From assembly GCA_965216315.1 (NCBI GenBank), contig CBDCFN010000015.1:160001-224000 (forward strand): 64,000 bases of DNA, given 5' to 3'. Under the pieces are notes generated by a model that was not told the origin of the DNA, did not search any database, and saw only the letters and a program-made list of their open reading frames with translations. Position 1 is the stretch's first letter. The number at the start of each line of letters is the position of its first letter. This DNA comes from a bacterium. GTDB lineage: Bacteria > UBA10199 > 2-02-FULL-50-16 > JAJFLM01. The position numbers were made by a program, and so were the translations under genes. Below, one piece after another: positions 58,316-64,000 of this stretch.

Positions 58316-60064
58316 ATGTGGCTGAAGCACATTTCCATCTCCACCCGACTGATTGTCCTCCTCATCTTTGCCGTCCTGCTGCCGCTGCTTATCTTTGGGG
58401 CCCTTGCCGAATGGCAGGTACGCGAAGCCACTGAAATTTCGGTGACGGAAGGCAACGCCCGCGTAGCCAAACGGGCCGCTGAACAGATTCAACAGTATGT
58501 CAGCAGCGCCCTGACCCTGTTGAAGTCAACCGCCGAAAATATTAACAACGCAGACCTGGCCGATTGGCAAAAAGAACGCATTCTCAAGAATTACCGGAAT
58601 CAATTTGACCAGTTCAACGAACTGACCATCTGGGATCTCCAGAAAAAAGCACTGGCGACCAGTCGCCTCGTCGCGGCTCAGCTCAATCAACGCGAACAAA
58701 AGGCCTATACCGCGGCTTTAAGCGGCAAAATGTATTTATCGCCGGAATACATCCGCGAAGATCTATCGCCGGCCATGGTTGTTGCCGTCCCGCTGAAGCG
58801 ACTCACCGAAGTGAATGGAATCCTTATTGCCGAGTTGAATTTGATGCACATGTGGTACCTCGTCGATAGTATTCGCATTGGTAAAAAGGGCGTGCTCCAC
58901 ATCGTTGACGAAGATGGGCGTCTCCTGGCGACGGGAGATGGCGAACGCAAGAAGAGCGTGTTTCAGGGTGGGCATTTTGAGGCCATGGCATTAATGCCGA
59001 AAATACTCGAACCCCATGGAACCCGCTTTACCAATTTTCTTAATACAGAGGTCCTTTCCGTCGGTACCCGGCTCAAAGATCCTTTGCACTGGAGTGTGAT
59101 CGTCGAACAACCGACGCGCGAAGCCTATGCCCTCGCCACTCGCATTGGGTATTATTTGGCTGCTATCACGCTTCTGTTTTTAGTCGTGGCCTTAGGGTTG
59201 GGCTTTTACAGTGGGAAACGTCGTATCATTGATCCTATCCGCGTACTTTCCGCAGCCACGGAAGAACTGGCCCGCGGTAATCTTGACTATCGCGTTGAAC
59301 TGGATACCGGCGATGAGTTTGAGCAATTGGGCCAAGCCTTCAATGACATGGCAGCACGTTTAAAGAACGTTCAAGAAAAACTGATCCAAGAAGAAAAACA
59401 CGCGATGTTCGGTCGCATTGCCTCGGGACTCGCCCATGACCTCAAGCACCCGATCCAGGCAATTGAAACGTCGAGTCGCCTTATTGATAAAAAGTATGAT
59501 GATCCGGAATTCAGGAGCATGTTTCAACGAACCGTCAATCGCGAATTTAAAAAGATCAATAATTTTCTCAATAATCTACACAACCTCACCCACGACATTC
59601 CCTTCCGCCCCGTACCCATAAAAGTAAACTCTCTGCTCGTTGAAACACTCGAGACATTTGAAGCAACGGCAAATGAACGCGATATCGCGATCGACCGTCA
59701 CTGGGAGGATAACGGCCTCCGCATTGAAGCAGACCCGGCCACCCTCAACCGCGCCCTTTCCAATCTCGTGTCCAATGCCATCGAGGCCATCGGGACTCAT
59801 GGAACGTTGACCATTCGAGCGGAAAAAGTGGACGACCATGTTAATGTCACGGTCCAAGACAGCGGCAAAGGGATCGCCGCGGAACGGCTCAAAAGCCTCT
59901 TTGATGATTTCGTCACGACCAAGCGTCGCGGCCTCGGGCTGGGTCTCGCCATCACGAAGAAAATCATTGCTCAGCATCAAGGCCAGCTTTCGGTAAGCAG
60001 TACCGTCGGGGTCGGCACCCGCTTTGTCATTCACATACCGACCCTACCCACGTCAGAAACTTGA
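58316..60064 (+). CDS. Sensor histidine kinase (periplasmic Cache-like, HAMP, HisKA, HATPase)
   Basis: Two TM helices, GDEFEQLGQAFNDM, AHDLKHP, NLVSNA, DSGKGI and GLGLGL. Confidence 0.95.
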   Translation: MWLKHISISTRLIVLLIFAVLLPLLIFGALAEWQVREATEISVTEGNARVAKRAAEQIQQYVSSALTLLKSTAENINNADLADWQKERILKNYRNQFDQFNELTIWDLQKKALATSRLVAAQLNQREQKAYTAALSGKMYLSPEYIREDLSPAMVVAVPLKRLTEVNGILIAELNLMHMWYLVDSIRIGKKGVLHIVDEDGRLLATGDGERKKSVFQGGHFEAMALMPKILEPHGTRFTNFLNTEVLSVGTRLKDPLHWSVIVEQPTREAYALATRIGYYLAAITLLFLVVALGLGFYSGKRRIIDPIRVLSAATEELARGNLDYRVELDTGDEFEQLGQAFNDMAARLKNVQEKLIQEEKHAMFGRIASGLAHDLKHPIQAIETSSRLIDKKYDDPEFRSMFQRTVNREFKKINNFLNNLHNLTHDIPFRPVPIKVNSLLVETLETFEATANERDIAIDRHWEDNGLRIEADPATLNRALSNLVSNAIEAIGTHGTLTIRAEKVDDHVNVTVQDSGKGIAAERLKSLFDDFVTTKRRGLGLGLAITKKIIAQHQGQLSVSSTVGVGTRFVIHIPTLPTSET

Positions 60065-60196
60065 TAAAATTACGCCCACTTTTTGACAAAAGCTGGAAAA
60101 AAAATTATCCGGTGCGCGCCTGATCCCACTCACGCCTGTTAGAGAATATCCTTATAATTCATATAGATAGATCTAAATAACCCTTTAGACCTTAGT

Positions 60197-60212
60197 TGGC
60201 ATGCGAATTGAA
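60197..60212 (+). promoter_or_regulatory. Possible sigma-54 promoter
   Basis: TGGCAT-GCGAA-TTGAA (non-canonical -12), with 18-bp boxes at 60061-60078 and 60094-60111. Confidence 0.45.
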
Positions 60213-60229
60213 TAGTACAAAGTGCACAT

Positions 60230-60448
60230 ATGGGATCATTACTTGAAATATCGACAGTCAAAAAGTGCCGCGTCTTCTTTGAAAAGACCTGCGATGAACA
60301 GGCACGCTATTTTTTCAGTGCCTATGTCCAATTGCCGGATCACACGCAGTTTATCATGGACGACCGCCATCTTCCTCGCCTCAAAAAACGGATCCATGCC
60401 GTCTTAGAGGTTCTCGCGTTCAGCGGTTCAGTACCTTTAGAAGTTTAA
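60230..60448 (+). CDS. Small hypothetical protein
   Basis: 72-aa ORF just downstream of the sigma-54-like motif. Confidence 0.5.
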   Translation: MGSLLEISTVKKCRVFFEKTCDEQARYFFSAYVQLPDHTQFIMDDRHLPRLKKRIHAVLEVLAFSGSVPLEV

Positions 60449-60456
60449 TTTGTAGT

Positions 60457-60498
60457 TTATACCTTTACGGACGCGTCAAAGAGCCGGGCATGCTCGTC
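60457..60498 (-). pseudogene. Duplicated, synonymously recoded 3' end of dgt (DEHARLFDASVKV*)
   Basis: 34/42 nt identical to 60585-60626; all 8 differences are at third codon positions. Confidence 0.85.
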
Positions 60499-60584
60499 GA
60501 TTCGCAAAGCGAAAGCGCAGCTTCCGCTTTGCTTGAGTCATGGGGAAGAAAACTCTCTCCCCCCTGACAACCCCCCATCGCGAG
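60499..60584 (-). repeat. Double-hairpin repeat family A, copy 3 (directly after the dgt stop)
   Basis: CTCGCGATGGGGGGTTGTCAGGGGGGAGAGAGTTTTCTTCCCCATGAC..GCAAAGCGGAAGCTGCGCTTTCGCTTTGCGAATC. Confidence 0.85.
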
Positions 60585-61730
60585 CTACACCTTAACAGAC
60601 GCATCGAAAAGCCGGGCATGCTCTTCCAAAGCAAAGCGGTCAGTCATGCCCGCGATATAATCGCAGACAACGCGCTCGACACGGATATCATCGACTTTGT
60701 GACTGACATCGGCGGGTAGGATGTTGGGGTTTTTGCAATAGGCGCGAAAGAGATCTTCTAGGATGAGCTTCGCCTTCTCAGCCATACGTTCCACGCGAAA
60801 ATGTTTATAGAGTTTGCTATATAGAAACGCCTTGAGCTCTTTATTGGCGTGTTTCATTGTCGCCGAAAAGCCAACGCATTTGGCAGCGGCCTGCCGAACA
60901 TCCTCTAAACTACTAATGTCATGCGTCTCAATCGTTGCTTCCGTCGTTTGAACGAGGTCGGTTACCAGGGCATTGAGAATCGCCTTGACTGTTTGTCGTT
61001 GATGAACGAGTTCATGCTCGGAACAAGTCGCGCGCGTTTGTTCATAATGCTCCTTCCACAGGCTCACCTCTTGTAATTGCTCAACTGTAATCAGGCCCGA
61101 ACGCAACCCGTCATCTAAGTCATGGCTATTGTAAGCAATCTCATCGGCGATATCGACGAGTTGGGCTTCCAGTGTCGGTTGACCAATTTTTTGAAAGGCC
61201 GCTTGGGATTCATCATAAGACGTCGCGTGTTTGGCAATACCTTCGCGAACCTCATAACTGAGATTCAGCCCCGGAAAATCGGGATACCGTTTTTCAAGCA
61301 AGGTAACAATTCGTAGTGACTGCTTGTTATGCTCAAAACCCCCGAACTCTTTCATCAAATGATTCATGACATCCTGACCGGAGTGCCCAAAGGGAGTATG
61401 CCCTAAATCATGTGCCAGAATAATCGCTTCAGCGAGTTCTTCGTTGAGACGCAGCGCTCGCGCGATCGTCCGCGCAATCTGTGAACCTTCTAAGGTATGC
61501 GTCAGGCGCGTCCGGTAGTGATCACCTTCATGGAAGACAAAGACCTGCGTCTTATATTCAAGCCTTCTGAAGGCATTGGAATGGATAATACGATCACGAT
61601 CGCGTTGAAAAGCCGTTCGATAAGTGTGCTCTGGTTCTTCATATTCACGACCCTGCGAGGCCTTGCTCTGACAGGCATAAGGAGCCAGCATCTTGGTCTC
61701 TAAATTTTCATATTCCTGGCGGGTTAACAC
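60585..61730 (-). CDS. dgt: Deoxyguanosinetriphosphate triphosphohydrolase
   Basis: FQRDRDRIIHS, RTRLTHT, AHDLGHTPFGH and DYIAGMTD. Confidence 0.95.
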   Translation of the reverse strand: MLTRQEYENLETKMLAPYACQSKASQGREYEEPEHTYRTAFQRDRDRIIHSNAFRRLEYKTQVFVFHEGDHYRTRLTHTLEGSQIARTIARALRLNEELAEAIILAHDLGHTPFGHSGQDVMNHLMKEFGGFEHNKQSLRIVTLLEKRYPDFPGLNLSYEVREGIAKHATSYDESQAAFQKIGQPTLEAQLVDIADEIAYNSHDLDDGLRSGLITVEQLQEVSLWKEHYEQTRATCSEHELVHQRQTVKAILNALVTDLVQTTEATIETHDISSLEDVRQAAAKCVGFSATMKHANKELKAFLYSKLYKHFRVERMAEKAKLILEDLFRAYCKNPNILPADVSHKVDDIRVERVVCDYIAGMTDRFALEEHARLFDASVKV

Positions 61731-61794
61731 AGCCCTGGTGGTAGCGAAATGTATTCATTTCCGCAAGATGCATATTAGTATATTATCTCCCTCC

Positions 61795-63114
61795 ATGGGT
61801 TTTCGTCGCATCCTGGTTATTGCCCTCTGTATCGGGTTGCCATTGACCGGCCTGGCAGCCGGCCTGCAAGGGCAGGCAGAGATTGCCTTTGCGGAGGGAT
61901 TGATCGCCTACCAAGAGCAAGACTATGTCGGCGCCCAACTCTATTTTGATCGTGCCGCCCAACTCAATCCACAACATGAAAGTGCTGCTTTTTTTAGAGG
62001 CCTGAGTTCCTACCAACGAGGCCAATATGCTAAAGCCATCCCTGACTTCAAAGCAGCGGCGGCGGCCAATCCTCAGGCTGTCGAACCGCATTACTATCAG
62101 GGCCTTGCCTATTATCATCTTAATCGTAAAGACGAGGCCCTGCGCGCCTTTAAGCAAACGTACAAGCAGGCACCACCAGGCGATATCAGCAGGAATGCCA
62201 GCAATTACATTGCAGAAATTACCGGTACGGTTCCGACATACCGTGGCCGCCATGGCAAACCTTGGTTTTTCTTTGCCAACGTAGGCACTTTGTATGACTC
62301 CAATGTCTCCTTAGACCCTGAAGACCTTACTCTCGCGACATTGCCCAGCGATCAGGATGACATCCAAATCTCAGCCTATGTTGGTGCTGGTTACCATCTC
62401 GTGAGTGGCCCCGTGTACCGTTTCACAAGCGCGGCCTCTTATTATCAGGCATTTTATCCTGATCTTAACTCATTCGATTTTGGTCTCGCTCGGGCTGAGT
62501 TACGTCACCAATGGACTGTTGGAAAATTTTTATTCAAATTACCCTTTGCCTATGAATTTTCTTTGCTCGGACATGATAAATATATGCAACGACCTGAAGT
62601 GGCCCCGTCAATAGCTTATTGGGCCGGCAAGCAATACCTAATCCGTATGCGTACACGACTCCGCTACAATGATTTCTTTCAAAATCCTTCAAGTGCTGCC
62701 CAAGATCGCGATGCATGGAATATGGGAATCGAGCTGGCGCAGTTTTTTTATTTTGATAAACAGCGGCGCTATTTTAAATTGTCTTATAATTTTGAACGTA
62801 ACTGGGCCCAAGGAAATGACTGGGACTATCTGGCTCACACGATCGGAGCCGCCTTCTTCAATCCAATAGTTTGGAAAATCGATTCTTATCTGTTTGCCAC
62901 GTACACCGTTAATCGTGACTACGATAATGTCGATTCTATCTTTGGGAGTCGCCGGCAGGATAATTATCAAAACTATGGAATTCGTTTTTCCCGACCTATT
63001 GTTAAAGGCCTAAGTCTAAGTCTTCATTATGGTTTTCAACGTAATCGTTCCAATTTGGCTATTTTCCAGTACAATAAACATACAGCAGGGGTAACATTTG
63101 CGTTTCGCATCTAA
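61795..63114 (+). CDS. TPR plus outer-membrane beta-barrel protein
   Basis: Signal peptide from ATG 61795, TPR repeats, YDSNV and amphipathic aromatic beta strands to the C-terminus. Confidence 0.85.
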   Translation: MGFRRILVIALCIGLPLTGLAAGLQGQAEIAFAEGLIAYQEQDYVGAQLYFDRAAQLNPQHESAAFFRGLSSYQRGQYAKAIPDFKAAAAANPQAVEPHYYQGLAYYHLNRKDEALRAFKQTYKQAPPGDISRNASNYIAEITGTVPTYRGRHGKPWFFFANVGTLYDSNVSLDPEDLTLATLPSDQDDIQISAYVGAGYHLVSGPVYRFTSAASYYQAFYPDLNSFDFGLARAELRHQWTVGKFLFKLPFAYEFSLLGHDKYMQRPEVAPSIAYWAGKQYLIRMRTRLRYNDFFQNPSSAAQDRDAWNMGIELAQFFYFDKQRRYFKLSYNFERNWAQGNDWDYLAHTIGAAFFNPIVWKIDSYLFATYTVNRDYDNVDSIFGSRRQDNYQNYGIRFSRPIVKGLSLSLHYGFQRNRSNLAIFQYNKHTAGVTFAFRI

Positions 63115-63115
63115 G

Positions 63116-64000
63116 ATGAAGAGGGGTGCCCTTTTTATCACGCTAAGCCTGTCGCTACTCACGTTCCCCGCCTTAGCGAAAGCTGCACCCCCATCCATAG
63201 GCCGCGTTGTCCATGTTCAGGGGGAAGTGCATGTCACGCGTGCCGAAACAAGCCACACCCTCTCTTTTAATGATGCTATCTACCCGATGGATATCCTCGA
63301 AACGGGTGATGGCGAGCTAAAAGTCCTCTTCAAAGACCAAACCCTATTACGACTCATTGCCCATTCTAAAGTCTTAGTCTCCAAATACGTTTATAATCCC
63401 CAACACGGAATACGCGAGGGCATTTTTGATATCATCAAAGGCAGTGTCCGAACGATTGTTGAAAAGATGGCAAATATGAAAAACGACGACATTGTCTTGC
63501 GCACACCGACGGCGGTCGCAGGTATTCGCGGTACCGACGTCGGAACCCGCGTTGCCGGCAAGAAAACTCAATATCTGTGCTTTGATGGCCTTATTGAAAC
63601 ATTCTTTCGCAAAATGCCTAATCTCAAAGTTTTAGTTGGTGCGGGACTATTTACGACAATCGACGGATCCCCACCAACTACGCCTCGGCCCATTCCCACA
63701 CGACTTCGTAAAATGTTTTCCGGCAACCCGCAGCTCACAGACATCCTCTCACAACAGGGGTTTGCGCCACTGCCTGCTGGAACAATTAATCTACCGGATG
63801 TGAGTGGTGAAAACCCATTTGCAAGCACCTCCCCCGCCGCCGAAGCGCTTCTGCCCGGTGGCGCTAACGATATACGTGAAGTGATCCCCGCGGCAGGAAG
63901 CGGTGGCGATAACGACATTCCGGGCGATCCCCCCATCGACACAGGTCCCGCAGGAGATCCAAACGGGAATGGAACCGGTGGGGGCACAACTCCTCCGACC
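63116..64000 (+). CDS. FecR-domain protein (partial, runs off the window)
   Basis: Translated by hand: MKRGALFITLSLSLLTFPALA signal, IGRVVHVQGEV, DILETG and LRTPTAVAGIRGT; absent from the ORF track because no stop occurs in the window. Confidence 0.85.
   Translation, partial: MKRGALFITLSLSLLTFPALAKAAPPSIGRVVHVQGEVHVTRAETSHTLSFNDAIYPMDILETGDGELKVLFKDQTLLRLIAHSKVLVSKYVYNPQHGIREGIFDIIKGSVRTIVEKMANMKNDDIVLRTPTAVAGIRGTDVGTRVAGKKTQYLCFDGLIETFFRKMPNLKVLVGAGLFTTIDGSPPTTPRPIPTRLRKMFSGNPQLTDILSQQGFAPLPAGTINLPDVSGENPFASTSPAAEALLPGGANDIREVIPAAGSGGDNDIPGDPPIDTGPAGDPNGNGTGGGTTPPT

Noticed and set aside
1911..63987. Numerous 60-250-aa ORFs overlapping the called genes
   Set aside because: They are shadow or alternative-frame ORFs of well-supported genes and have no recognisable motifs.
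1..64000. CRISPR array, rRNA, transposase, integrase or reverse transcriptase
   Set aside because: No regularly spaced repeat-spacer array or diagnostic motifs were seen.

Overview
Bacterial chromosomal window whose gene order (rpsU-yqeY-dnaG-rpoD-tRNA(CAT)-C4 zinc-ribbon-RNase HI-rnpB) is typical of deltaproteobacteria-like lineages (inference). Housekeeping blocks (macromolecular synthesis, NAD metabolism, a peptidoglycan/peptide-ABC cluster, dgt) alternate with accessory genes for secreted, surface or effector-like proteins. The strongest candidate for an undescribed system is a peptide (RiPP) signalling module at 31.8-38.8 kb. It comprises a sigma-54 response regulator, a TonB-dependent receptor, a radical SAM/SPASM maturase, an unannotated 22-aa precursor (MKVSKGKKVTDPKPAVCVPVAF) and an orphan peptide-binding lipoprotein, with an orphan Cache-HAMP kinase at 58.3-60.1 kb and shared upstream boxes. 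Other signals include: (1) an ~85-bp covarying double-hairpin repeat inside RNase P RNA and directly after the dnaG and dgt stop codons, one copy flanked by a synonymously recoded duplicate of the dgt 3' end; (2) a recurrent CAAC-N14/15-nnCGA promoter-like motif ahead of enzymes with Lys-free N-terminal leaders; (3) a 1892-aa protein with only 7 Lys; (4) a short C-terminal GC(S/T)L(I/V)(K/R) tag on two surface proteins. All calls come from reading motifs by eye; no database search was run.
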